Source: Clostridia bacterium
GTDB taxonomy: Bacteria > Bacillota > Clostridia > Oscillospirales > Acutalibacteraceae
Reading direction: 5' to 3'
Length of the DNA: 64,000 nucleotides
Assembly (NCBI GenBank): GCA_024403955.1
Contig: JAKSQX010000003.1
Location: 1,818 to 65,817 of the forward strand
In this document: positions 20,778 to 30,373 of the stretch, piece after piece
How positions within the stretch are numbered: position 1 is the first letter of the stretch
Layout of the letters: the number at the start of each line of letters is the position of its first letter
Program-made: the position numbers and the translations under genes
Notes under the pieces: model-generated
Database searches by the model: none
What the model was told of the DNA's origin: nothing
Seen by the model: the letters and a program-made list of their open reading frames with translations, nothing else

Positions 20778-22316
20778 ATGGCTGAATATGCTATAGAGAT
20801 GCTAAACATCACTAAAGTATTCCCAGGTATTATTGCCAACGATGATATTACCCTTACGTTGAAACGAGGAGAGATCCACGCTCTACTTGGTGAAAACGGC
20901 GCAGGTAAGTCCACACTTATGAGTGTACTCTTTGGACTTTATCAGCCAGAGAAGGGTGTCATCAAAAAAGATGGTGTAGAGGTCAAAATCAATGACCCTA
21001 ACGATGCCAATGACCTTGGTATCGGAATGGTACACCAACATTTTAAACTTGTTGAGTGCTTCACAGTACTCGATAACATCATTATGGGTGCAGAGCCTGC
21101 AGATAAGATGGGCTTCTTGCACAAGGCTGAGGCTCGTAAGAAGATTACTGAGCTCTCAGAGAGATATGGTCTCGGTGTAGACCTCGATGCAAAAATTGAA
21201 GACATCACAGTAGGTATGCAACAGCGTACTGAAATCTTAAAGATGCTCTATCGAGATAATGAAATCCTTATCTTTGATGAGCCTACCGCTGTACTTACAC
21301 CTCAAGAGATTGATGAACTTATGCAGATTATGAAGAATCTCTCTGCTGAGGGTAAATCAATTCTCTTCATCTCACACAAACTCAATGAGATTATGGCAGT
21401 GTCGGATCGCTGCACAGTTCTTCGTAAGGGTAAGTATATCGGTACAGTTAATACGAGTGAAACAACAGTGGAAAAACTCTCAGCCATGATGGTTGGTCGT
21501 GATGTAAACTTCCACGTTGAAAAAGATGATAAAGAGGCAGGAGATGTAGTCCTAGATGTTGAGGGAATCTCTGTTGCCTCAAAGACAAGTAAGAAGATGG
21601 CAGTTAATGATGTCAGCTTCAAAGTACATGCAGGTGAGATTGTCTGCATTGCCGGTATCGACGGCAATGGTCAAACAGAACTTGTTTATGGAATCACAGG
21701 CCTTGAACCATTAAAGCACGGCAAGGTAATTCTAAACGGTGAGGATATTACTAAGGCTCCAATTAGAAAACGTTCTGCTGCGGGTATGGCTCACATTCCT
21801 GAAGATAGACATAAACATGGTCTTGTTCTTGACTATCCACTTGATTACAACATGGTTCTTCAGCGCTACTTCGAGCCAGAGTTTACAAACAAGGCTGGCT
21901 TCTTGAAGAAGAAAAACATCAGATCCTACGCTGAGGGCCTTATTGAGAAATTCGACGTTCGTTCTGGACAGGGTGGCGCAACAATTGCCCGTTCAATGTC
22001 TGGTGGTAACCAGCAGAAGGCAATCGCCGCTCGTGAGATGGACCGTGACACAAACCTCCTTGTTGCTGTACAGCCAACTCGTGGACTTGATGTCGGCGCA
22101 ATTGAGTTTATTCATAAGAACTTGATTGCTCAGCGCGATGAGGGAAAGGCAGTCCTTCTCGTATCGCTCGAACTCGACGAAGTAATGGATGTTCCTGACA
22201 GAATCCTCGTAATGTACGAGGGTGAAATCGTTGGTGAATTTGATCCTAAGAAGGTAACACAGGAAGAGCTCGGACTTTACATGTCCGGTGCAAAGAGAGA
22301 TGAGGTGAAGTCATGA
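20778..22316 (+). CDS. ABC transporter ATP-binding protein, fused double ATPase (nucleoside/sugar CUT2 type)
   Basis: First Walker A is GENGAGKST. A second nucleotide-binding domain carries GIDGNGQTE and MSGGNQQK. Confidence 0.9.
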   Translation: MAEYAIEMLNITKVFPGIIANDDITLTLKRGEIHALLGENGAGKSTLMSVLFGLYQPEKGVIKKDGVEVKINDPNDANDLGIGMVHQHFKLVECFTVLDNIIMGAEPADKMGFLHKAEARKKITELSERYGLGVDLDAKIEDITVGMQQRTEILKMLYRDNEILIFDEPTAVLTPQEIDELMQIMKNLSAEGKSILFISHKLNEIMAVSDRCTVLRKGKYIGTVNTSETTVEKLSAMMVGRDVNFHVEKDDKEAGDVVLDVEGISVASKTSKKMAVNDVSFKVHAGEIVCIAGIDGNGQTELVYGITGLEPLKHGKVILNGEDITKAPIRKRSAAGMAHIPEDRHKHGLVLDYPLDYNMVLQRYFEPEFTNKAGFLKKKNIRSYAEGLIEKFDVRSGQGGATIARSMSGGNQQKAIAAREMDRDTNLLVAVQPTRGLDVGAIEFIHKNLIAQRDEGKAVLLVSLELDEVMDVPDRILVMYEGEIVGEFDPKKVTQEELGLYMSGAKRDEVKS

Positions 22317-23392
22317 AAAAGATACTTAAATCAGATGGCTTCCAGTCATTAATCGCTTCTCTTATCTGCGTTATTCTCGGACTTCTTATTGGATATATAG
22401 TTCTTCTTATAATCAATCCATCAGGTGCATGGGAAGGCATCATGGCTGTTATTAAGAACTTCTTCTTCTATCCATCAGGTCCTGCTAGAATGAAGTACTT
22501 CGGCTCAACACTTGTAAAGACAGCACCACTTGTAATGTGTTCACTTTCAATTCTCTTCGCTTACAAGGTAGGCCTCTTTAACATCGGTGTTGCTGGTCAG
22601 TACTGCGCAGGCGTTGGCGCTTCAATCTACTTTGCACTCGCATTCCATCTTCCTTGGTATGTATGCGTTTTAGGTGCAATGGTAGCTGGCGCATTACTCG
22701 GCGGAATCTCAGGTCTTCTTAAAGCTTACTGTAACGTTAATGAGGTTATCTCGGGCATCATGCTCAACTGGATTTGCCTCTACACAGTAAACGGCCTTCT
22801 CTCAAAGGTTAAGGAGCCTACAAGCCCTTATACTTATAACATTGCTATTAAGAGCCGTAAGTCTCTTCTTCCATCTTTTGGTCTTGATAAACTCTTTGGC
22901 AACAATAAGTACGTAACAATTGCTATCCCTCTTGCAATTATCCTTGCTATTGTTGTTATGGTAGTTCTTGATAAGACAAAGGTTGGCTATGAACTCAAGG
23001 CAACAGGTCTTAATAAGAATGCTGCAAAGTATGCAGGCATTAAAGAAAAGAAAAACATTATTATGACACTTGTTCTCGCAGGTGGTCTTGCAGGACTTGG
23101 CGCTTCATTCTTCTACCTCACAGGTATTGAACAGTGGATGTGTACAAGCTCCTCAGTACCTTCAATGGGCTTCAACGGAATCGCATCTGCATTCCTCGGA
23201 GCATTAAACCCAATAGGTACTCTTATTTCATCATTCTTCATTCAGCACATCACCAACGGTGGTGGTTATGTAGATAAGACAATGTACTGCTCACAGATCT
23301 CAGATCTTATCTCATCAATCATCATCTACCTCTGTGGTTTCGTACTCTTCTTCAAGACGGTAATGAAGAGAATGGGAGGTGCAAAGAAATGA
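22313..23392 (+). CDS. ABC transporter permease (BMP-system, YufP-like)
   Basis: Polytopic membrane protein. ATGA overlap with the ATPase gene. Confidence 0.85.
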   Translation: MKKILKSDGFQSLIASLICVILGLLIGYIVLLIINPSGAWEGIMAVIKNFFFYPSGPARMKYFGSTLVKTAPLVMCSLSILFAYKVGLFNIGVAGQYCAGVGASIYFALAFHLPWYVCVLGAMVAGALLGGISGLLKAYCNVNEVISGIMLNWICLYTVNGLLSKVKEPTSPYTYNIAIKSRKSLLPSFGLDKLFGNNKYVTIAIPLAIILAIVVMVVLDKTKVGYELKATGLNKNAAKYAGIKEKKNIIMTLVLAGGLAGLGASFFYLTGIEQWMCTSSSVPSMGFNGIASAFLGALNPIGTLISSFFIQHITNGGGYVDKTMYCSQISDLISSIIIYLCGFVLFFKTVMKRMGGAKK

Positions 23393-24330
23393 TTTTACTT
23401 ATTCAGTACACTTTAATCTTTGCTTCCGTTCTTATCCTCGTTGCACTCGGTGGTTGCGTATCTGAACATTCAGGCGTTATCAACCTCGGACTTGAGGGTG
23501 AAATGGTATTTGGTGCACTCGGTGGTGCACTTGCTATGAAGTACTTACCAGCTGATTCATCAGCATTTGTAATCATCTTGGTTGCAGGTCTTGCTGCTGT
23601 AGTTGCTGGTATGCTCGGTTCAGCGCTCCTCGGTGTTGCCTGCATCAACTTCAAGGCAGACCAGACAATCGTTGGTACAGCTCTTAACATGCTTGCAGTT
23701 GCTGCTGCAACAGTTATCGTTAAGGCAATCAACACGGCAGAGAACCCTGACAACGTATCTTCAGAAATCAGCTACGTTCAGGCAAAGAAGGCTTTTATTG
23801 AGAACATAAATGGCTTCGAATTCTCCTGGTTCATGCTTATTACAGTTATCGTTTTAATTCTTATTGCAACTCTTCTCTACAAGACACGTTCAGGCCTTCG
23901 CCTCATGGCTTGTGGTGAGTTCCCACAGGCAGCTGCATCTGTTGGTATCAACGTATTTAAGATGCGCTGGCTCGGCGTACTCCTTTCAGGCGCACTCGGC
24001 GGCTTCGGCGGTCTCGTATACATCACCGCTGGTGTATCCCAGTGGAAATTTGAAAATGGTGTTGCTGGTTTCGGTTTCCTCGCACTCGCAGTTATGATCT
24101 TCGGTCAGTGGAAACCTAAGCACATTGCTTGGGCTGCCGTTCTCTTCGGTATGTTCCGTGCACTTTCAAATGTATATTCAGGATTTGATTTCCTCGTATC
24201 AATGCATATTCCAAGCGCACTCTACAATATGCTTCCATACATCGTTTCACTTATAGTTTTGGCCTTCACTTCACAGCACTCACGTGCTCCAAAGGCAGAG
24301 GGTATTCCATATGATAAGGGAATGAGGTAA
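23389..24330 (+). CDS. ABC transporter permease (BMP-system, YufQ-like)
   Basis: Polytopic membrane protein. ATGA overlap with the preceding permease. Confidence 0.85.
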   Translation: MILLIQYTLIFASVLILVALGGCVSEHSGVINLGLEGEMVFGALGGALAMKYLPADSSAFVIILVAGLAAVVAGMLGSALLGVACINFKADQTIVGTALNMLAVAAATVIVKAINTAENPDNVSSEISYVQAKKAFIENINGFEFSWFMLITVIVLILIATLLYKTRSGLRLMACGEFPQAAASVGINVFKMRWLGVLLSGALGGFGGLVYITAGVSQWKFENGVAGFGFLALAVMIFGQWKPKHIAWAAVLFGMFRALSNVYSGFDFLVSMHIPSALYNMLPYIVSLIVLAFTSQHSRAPKAEGIPYDKGMR

Positions 24331-24335
24331 GTAAA

Positions 24336-25004
24336 ATGGATATTAAAGAAATACTTTCTAAAGTAGACCATACCTTACTCGCAGTAGATGCAACTTGGGA
24401 TGACATTAAAGTAATCTGCGACGATGCTCTTAAATACAACACAGCTTCAGTCTGTGTTCCACAGTCATATGTAAGACAGTGTGCAGATTACCTCAATAAG
24501 AAGATTCCTGTATGCACAGTTATCGGCTTCCCAAACGGCTATAACTCAACCGCTTCAAAGTGCTATGAGGCATATGAGGCCGTAAGACAGGGCGCTGATG
24601 AAATCGACATGGTAATAAATGTTGGTTGGCTTAAGGATAAGCGATATGACGATATTCTTAATGAGATCAATGATATAAAGGGACACTGTTGTGGTAAACT
24701 TTTAAAAGTAATCGTTGAAACTTGTCTTTTAACTGATGATGAGATAGTAAAGATTACAGAAATCGTTAATGAATCAAATGCTGATTTCATTAAGACATCA
24801 ACTGGCTTTTCAAAGGCCGGCGCCACATTCCATGACATTGAACTTTTCAAGAAGACAATTGATGAAAAGCATGGCAGCACAAAGATTAAAGCTGCCGGCG
24901 GAATCTCATCAATTGAGGATGCTGAAAAGTTCTTGGCTCTCGGTGCTGACAGACTCGGCACCAGCCGTATAGTTAAAATAGTTAAAAGCGAAGGACTCTT
25001 ATAA
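24336..25004 (+). CDS. deoC: deoxyribose-phosphate aldolase
   Basis: Motifs GADEIDMVINVG, LKVIVETCLLTDDEI and the Schiff-base lysine context DFIKTSTGF. Confidence 0.93.
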   Translation: MDIKEILSKVDHTLLAVDATWDDIKVICDDALKYNTASVCVPQSYVRQCADYLNKKIPVCTVIGFPNGYNSTASKCYEAYEAVRQGADEIDMVINVGWLKDKRYDDILNEINDIKGHCCGKLLKVIVETCLLTDDEIVKITEIVNESNADFIKTSTGFSKAGATFHDIELFKKTIDEKHGSTKIKAAGGISSIEDAEKFLALGADRLGTSRIVKIVKSEGLL

Positions 25005-25858
25005 TGCAAGGACTTGTACTTGAAGGCGGAAGCATGCGGCCTATATTCTCGAGTGGTGTAATGGATGCACTGCTCGATGAGGGGATTGAATTTCCTTATG
25101 TTATAGGCGTTTCTGCCGGAATTACTGACGGTGTTTCCTATGTCTCTAAACAGAGACATAGGAATTATGACATAACTGTAGGTTTTAGAAACGACAAGAG
25201 ATATTTTGGCCTCAGAAACTTTATTTCTGATAGAAGTATTTTCGGTATAAAATTCCTCTTTGAGGATGTACCAACATCCATTGTTCCATTTGATTTTGAG
25301 ACTTACAGAAGTAGTAATACTAAGGTTCTCGCTGGCGTCACAAACGCATTGACAGGTGATGCTGAGTATCTTGATGGAGACTCTCTCGATGAGAAGTCGG
25401 ATATACTAGTCGCAAGTTGTTCTCAGCCTGTTCTATTCCCCGCAAGGGTGATTAATGGCGTGCCATACTATGACGGTGGTATTGCAGATTCAATCCCTGC
25501 GGAAAAAGCTGTAAAAGACGGTTGTGACAAGCTTCTAATTGTCCTGACTCGTCAGGAGGGTTATAAGAAGGGCTCATTTGACCCAAAACTCGTATTTGGC
25601 GGACTTGCAGTTAAACGTAAGTATCCAAATCTTGCAAAGGCTCTCTATAGGCGTAATGATGTGTATATGAAGCAGATAGAGTACTGCGAGGAACTTGAGA
25701 GACAGGGGAAGGCCATAATACTTAGACCTTCTGAGTTTGAGATGATTAGTTCCTTTGAGAGTGACGCTAAAAAACTTTCAAGATTCTACGACCATGGCTA
25801 TGAACTTGCCATGTCCCGTATGGATGAGATAAAAGATCTTTTTAAGGAGGGGAAGTAA
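25004..25858 (+). CDS. patatin-like phospholipase/esterase family protein
   Basis: Oxyanion motif GGSMRP, nucleophile elbow GVSAG (GxSxG) and the dyad Asp in YYDGG. TAATG overlaps at both ends (with deoC and deoD). Confidence 0.8.
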   Translation: MQGLVLEGGSMRPIFSSGVMDALLDEGIEFPYVIGVSAGITDGVSYVSKQRHRNYDITVGFRNDKRYFGLRNFISDRSIFGIKFLFEDVPTSIVPFDFETYRSSNTKVLAGVTNALTGDAEYLDGDSLDEKSDILVASCSQPVLFPARVINGVPYYDGGIADSIPAEKAVKDGCDKLLIVLTRQEGYKKGSFDPKLVFGGLAVKRKYPNLAKALYRRNDVYMKQIEYCEELERQGKAIILRPSEFEMISSFESDAKKLSRFYDHGYELAMSRMDEIKDLFKEGK

Positions 25859-26568
25859 TGAGTTTAACTCCTACACCTCACATAAGTGCAGCTCCTGGCG
25901 ACTTCGGCAAGACAGTCTTAATGCCAGGTGATCCACTTCGTTCAAAATTTATTGCAGAGAACTTTTTAGAGAATCCTGTTTTAGTCAACAATGTACGTGG
26001 CGTACAGGGCTATACAGGCACATATAATGGCGTTAAAGTCTCTGTTATGGCTTCCGGTATGGGAATGCCTTCAATCGGCATCTACAGCCACGAGCTCTTC
26101 AACTTTTATGGTGTTGAAAACATCATCAGAGTAGGCTCTGCAGGCGGTATGGCTGAGGGCATCAAACTCCGTGATATCGTTGCAGCTGAGACATCGTTTA
26201 CAGACTCAAATTTCGTTGAACTTGAAGGCTTTGAGCCTGGTTTCATACCTCATGCTTCTGACAAACTTTTAGCTGCTGCTAACAAGGTCGCAGAGGACCT
26301 TGGAACTCCAATGGTTAACGGTATGATCTATTCCTCAGATGTCTTCTATAGAGATGATCCTTTAAAGACTGACCTTCCACTTCTCGCAGTTGAGATGGAG
26401 TCAGTAGCTCTCTACTGTGAGGCTATTAAGGCAAAGAAAAACGCTCTTTGCATCTGCACAATTTCTGACCTCGTAACAACTGGCGAGGCTCTTGATGCTG
26501 ATGCTAGACAGAATACATTTACACAGATGATGAAGATTGCTTTAGAGACAGCAGTCGCAATGGAGTAA
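25858..26568 (+). CDS. deoD: purine nucleoside phosphorylase, DeoD type
   Basis: TPHISAAPGDFGKTVLMPGDPLRSKFIAE...VRGVQGYTGTYNG..VSVMASGMGMPS and EMES are hallmarks of hexameric DeoD. Confidence 0.93.
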   Translation: MSLTPTPHISAAPGDFGKTVLMPGDPLRSKFIAENFLENPVLVNNVRGVQGYTGTYNGVKVSVMASGMGMPSIGIYSHELFNFYGVENIIRVGSAGGMAEGIKLRDIVAAETSFTDSNFVELEGFEPGFIPHASDKLLAAANKVAEDLGTPMVNGMIYSSDVFYRDDPLKTDLPLLAVEMESVALYCEAIKAKKNALCICTISDLVTTGEALDADARQNTFTQMMKIALETAVAME

Positions 26569-26570
26569 AA

Positions 26571-27764
26571 ATGAAACGTGTATTCATGATTGTGCTCGAC
26601 AGCTTTGGTGTTGGTGAGTTACCTGATGCCGCTGATTTTGGCGATGTCGGTGCCAATACTTTAAAAACTGTATCGGGCTCAGATAAGTTTAAAGCTGAAA
26701 ATCTTGAGAAACTGGGCTTCTTTAATATCGAGGGCGTAGACTATCTTCCTTCATATTCTTCGCCTTTGGCATCCTTTGGCCGTTGTGCTGAAGCATCCAA
26801 GGGTAAGGACACTGTAACTGGCCACTGGGAGATCTGTGGCGCTATCAGTGAAAAGGCTATGCCTACGTATCCTGACGGCTTCCCACCAGAGGTTATGGAT
26901 GAGTTTGAGAGAAGAACTGGCAGGGGATGGCTCGTAAACAAACCATACTCAGGCACTCAGATTCTCGAGGACTACGGCGATGAGCATGTGAAGACAGGAA
27001 AGTTGATTGTTTATACTTCGGCTGACTCTGTTTTCCAGATTGCAGCTCATGAGGATATAGTTCCAGTTGAAGAACTTTATGAGTACTGCAGGATTGCACG
27101 TGAGATTTTACAGGGTGAACATGCCGTTGGTCGTGTAATTGCAAGACCGTTCGTTGGCACGAGTGGTAACTATACTCGCACCCCTCGTAGGCACGATTAT
27201 TCTCTCGAGCCTCCAGGAACGCTCTTAAACGTCCTTAAGTACTACGGAAACGACGTAATCTCTATAGGTAAGATAAACGACATATTCGCCGGCTCAGGTG
27301 TCACAGAGAGCCATCCAACCACAAGCAATGCCGACGGTATGGAGATGCTCGATGAGATGGTTGAGCGCGACTTCAATGGACTCTGCTTTGCAAACCTCGT
27401 TGACTTCGACATGGTCTTCGGTCACCGCCGTAATATTGACGGCTATGCAGAGGCAACTGCAGAGTTTGATGGCTGGCTTAAAAACTTCCTTGGCAAACTC
27501 CGTGAGGATGATGTTTTGATTATCACAGCTGACCACGGATGTGATCCAAGCTTTATGGCTCATACTGACCATACACGCGAATATATTCCACTTCTCTGGT
27601 ACACCCGTGGAGGTCCTGCAACTAACCTTGGGACACGCGCAACATACGCAGATATAGGAAAAACTATTGAGGACTTCTTTGGATATGCAACTGATATTGC
27701 AGGCACGAGTTTCCTCAAAGATGTAACTTTTGAACCACATGAATATGCGAGGTTTAGAAAATGA
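26571..27764 (+). CDS. deoB: phosphopentomutase
   Basis: The N-terminal VLDSFGVGELPDA and the TADHGCDP metal-site motifs. Confidence 0.93.
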   Translation: MKRVFMIVLDSFGVGELPDAADFGDVGANTLKTVSGSDKFKAENLEKLGFFNIEGVDYLPSYSSPLASFGRCAEASKGKDTVTGHWEICGAISEKAMPTYPDGFPPEVMDEFERRTGRGWLVNKPYSGTQILEDYGDEHVKTGKLIVYTSADSVFQIAAHEDIVPVEELYEYCRIAREILQGEHAVGRVIARPFVGTSGNYTRTPRRHDYSLEPPGTLLNVLKYYGNDVISIGKINDIFAGSGVTESHPTTSNADGMEMLDEMVERDFNGLCFANLVDFDMVFGHRRNIDGYAEATAEFDGWLKNFLGKLREDDVLIITADHGCDPSFMAHTDHTREYIPLLWYTRGGPATNLGTRATYADIGKTIEDFFGYATDIAGTSFLKDVTFEPHEYARFRK

Positions 27765-28162
27765 TTACTCCTGAAGAATTATTACAAAAAGCTGAAAACG
27801 CCATGCAATTTGCATATGCGCCGTACTCCAACTTTAAAGTTGGTGCTGCGCTGCTCTGCAAAGATGGCAGTATTTTCACTGGTTGCAACGTAGAGAATGC
27901 AGCGTACGGTGTCTGTAACTGTGCAGAGCGTACGGCGCTTTTCAAAGCAGTATCTGAGGGTTACACAGAGTTTACCTCTATCGCAATTGTCGGTGGAAAA
28001 GACGGGGAGATAGATGAATTCTGCTTCCCTTGTGGAACTTGTAGACAGGCGCTTTCAGAGTTTGTCGATCAGACATTTAAGTTCTATTTCAAGGACAACA
28101 AGGGAACAATTGCCTCATACACATTTGAGGAGATTCTTCCACATTCTTTCGATTTGCTTTAA
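27761..28162 (+). CDS. cdd: cytidine deaminase
   Basis: Zinc motifs CAERTALF and PCGTCRQ in 133 aa. ATGA overlap with deoB. Confidence 0.93.
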   Translation: MITPEELLQKAENAMQFAYAPYSNFKVGAALLCKDGSIFTGCNVENAAYGVCNCAERTALFKAVSEGYTEFTSIAIVGGKDGEIDEFCFPCGTCRQALSEFVDQTFKFYFKDNKGTIASYTFEEILPHSFDLL

Positions 28163-28180
28163 CGAAATGTTAAGATATAA

Positions 28181-28215
28181 ACAAAGGCAAGTACTTGTTA
28201 CTTGCCTTTGTTTTG
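28181..28215 (+). terminator. intrinsic terminator closing the nucleoside operon
   Basis: 13-bp stem ACAAAGGCAAGTA / TACTTGCCTTTGT followed by TTT. Confidence 0.8.
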
Positions 28216-28270
28216 TATATAATTGTAATGTTAGTTTTTTTGAGGACACATTCAATAAGGAGTTGTAAAC

Positions 28271-30373
28271 ATGAACAATTACCCAAATCTTTTTTCACCA
28301 ATTAAAATTGGTAATTTAGAGATAAAAAACCGCGTTGCTTTGGAGCCAATGCTCGTAGGTGTTGCAGAACTCAACGGTGACGCAGGCGAAAAACTCATCG
28401 CTTATTATGGTGAGCGTGCAAAGGGCGGCACAGGACTCATTCAGACAGAGGTAACTCGTATCTCTGATTGGACAGGTGCAACTAGTCCACTTCAGCTCTC
28501 AGTTACTCATGACCACTGCATTCCTGGTCTTCAGAAGCTCGCTGACGAATGCCATAAGTATGGTTCTAAAGTATTTGTACAGCTTCATCACACGGGCCGT
28601 CAGACATATCAGCTCGTAGTTACAGCTTGGAAACTCTGTGACGTTCTTGGTGGAACACCTATTGGTCCTGCTTGGTGGAAAGCTTTCTTTACTATGACAA
28701 AGTACTTTGATTACTTTGAAAATCCAACAATGCATAATTTCTACTTCCCAGTAGTATCAGCTTCAAATGTTCCAACAGGTATTGGTTCATCACCTGTTAA
28801 GACACAGAAGACTCGTGCCCTTACAAAGTGGGAGATTGGTAAGATTGAGGACGAATTTGCAGAGGGTGCTCGCCGCTGTAAGGACGCCGGCATTGACGGC
28901 GTTATCCTTCACGCATCACACGGTTACCTTCTTCAGCAGTTCCTCTCACCATACACAAACCAGCGTACAGATGAATACGGTGGTTCTCTTGAAAATCGTT
29001 GCCGTATTATTAAGAATATCATCGATAAAATCCGTGTTAAGTGCGGCCCTGATTACCCAATCATAGTAAGACTTACTGTTGATGAGTATTACCGTATGTA
29101 CGGTTATGACATGGGTCTTGTACTTAATGAGGGCGTTGAGATAGCTAAGATTCTTGAGTCATATGGCATCGATGCTATTGATATCTCATCAGGTACATAC
29201 GACACAATGAACTCATGGCTCGAGCCAACAACATATGAGCTCGGTTGGAGAAAGGGCAATGCTGCTGCTGTTAAGCAGGCAGTTAAGATCCCTGTAATCG
29301 CAGCTAACCTTATCCGTACACCTGAGCAGGCTGAACAGCAGCTCGCTGAGGGTACACAGGATATGATTGGTCTCGGCCGTCCACTCATCGCAGATCCTTA
29401 CTGGGCTGCAAAGGCTGAAGCTGGCCATCCAGAGGATATCCAGCGCTGTATTTGCTGCCTCTACTGTATCGAATCTATGATGGACGGCGCAATGAAGAAC
29501 AAGTCTCTTCAGTGTGCTTTAAACCCTCGTGCTTGTAACGAGACTATCTACAAACTCAACCCAGACCCAATCGGTGCTGGCAGACCTGCAGTAGTTATCG
29601 GTGGTGGTCCTGGTGGACTTATGGCCGCAAAGACACTCGCTCTTCGTGGCTTCAAGGTAACTCTCTTCGAGAAGGAGAACTACCTCGGTGGTCAGTTCGA
29701 ACTCGCAGCTAGACCTCCAAAGAAGGAAAAACTCCGCTGGGCTATTGAGGACCTTATGGTTGCATGTCAGAAGGCTGGCGTTGACTTCAAACTTGGTGCT
29801 CCAGCATCTGTAGAAGCAGTTAAGGCATTAAACCCAGTTGCTATCATTGACGCAACAGGTGGTGCAGCTGTTAAGCCTCAAATCCCTGGATACGAGCTTC
29901 CTAACGTATGCACAGTAACTGAGATTCTTAAGGGCGAAGTACAGCTCTCAGGTAAGAACGTTGCAGTAATCGGTTCAGGTATGTCAGGTCTTGAGACAGC
30001 AGAATTTATCGCTGAGCAGGGCAACAAGGTAACAGTTGTTGAGATGGCTAAGGAAATTGCTCCTGGCACATGGCAGCAGCACCTTGATGATATCCTTCCA
30101 AAGCTTAGAGCACGTGGTACAGAGTTCGTCACAGGCTACAAGCTTGTTGAGATGAAGGCTGACTGTGCTATCCTTGAGGATGCAGAAGTTTCCGGTCGTC
30201 GTAAGGTTCTTCCTTGTGACCAGATCGTTCTTGCTCTCGGTGTTAAAGCAAATGGCCTCTCAGATGAGATTAAGGCTATTGCACCAACAGTATCAATTGG
30301 CGACGCAGCACAGAGTGGTCGTGTTGCAAACGCTATACATACAGCTTATAAAGCAGCATTAGAGGTTAAATAA
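28271..30373 (+). CDS. OYE-family NADH:flavin oxidoreductase with Fe-S and FAD/NAD(P) domains (2-enoate / 2,4-dienoyl-CoA reductase family)
   Basis: TIM-barrel OYE motif VQLHHTGRQ, Cys cluster RCICCLYC, and two dinucleotide folds (GGGPGG, GSGMSGLE). 700 aa. The substrate cannot be deduced. Confidence 0.85.
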   Translation: MNNYPNLFSPIKIGNLEIKNRVALEPMLVGVAELNGDAGEKLIAYYGERAKGGTGLIQTEVTRISDWTGATSPLQLSVTHDHCIPGLQKLADECHKYGSKVFVQLHHTGRQTYQLVVTAWKLCDVLGGTPIGPAWWKAFFTMTKYFDYFENPTMHNFYFPVVSASNVPTGIGSSPVKTQKTRALTKWEIGKIEDEFAEGARRCKDAGIDGVILHASHGYLLQQFLSPYTNQRTDEYGGSLENRCRIIKNIIDKIRVKCGPDYPIIVRLTVDEYYRMYGYDMGLVLNEGVEIAKILESYGIDAIDISSGTYDTMNSWLEPTTYELGWRKGNAAAVKQAVKIPVIAANLIRTPEQAEQQLAEGTQDMIGLGRPLIADPYWAAKAEAGHPEDIQRCICCLYCIESMMDGAMKNKSLQCALNPRACNETIYKLNPDPIGAGRPAVVIGGGPGGLMAAKTLALRGFKVTLFEKENYLGGQFELAARPPKKEKLRWAIEDLMVACQKAGVDFKLGAPASVEAVKALNPVAIIDATGGAAVKPQIPGYELPNVCTVTEILKGEVQLSGKNVAVIGSGMSGLETAEFIAEQGNKVTVVEMAKEIAPGTWQQHLDDILPKLRARGTEFVTGYKLVEMKADCAILEDAEVSGRRKVLPCDQIVLALGVKANGLSDEIKAIAPTVSIGDAAQSGRVANAIHTAYKAALEVK

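Noticed and set aside
24563-25159. 198-aa minus-strand ORF spanning the deoC/patatin junction, and similar antisense ORFs at 42311-42859, 11223-11681 and 9858-10292
   Set aside because: All are antisense to genes with clear family motifs and are typical shadow ORFs.
28271-30373. Assigning a specific substrate (such as bilirubin, cinnamate or dienoyl-CoA) to the OYE-family reductase
   Set aside because: Only family-level motifs are visible. Substrate-defining residues cannot be judged without alignment to characterised members.
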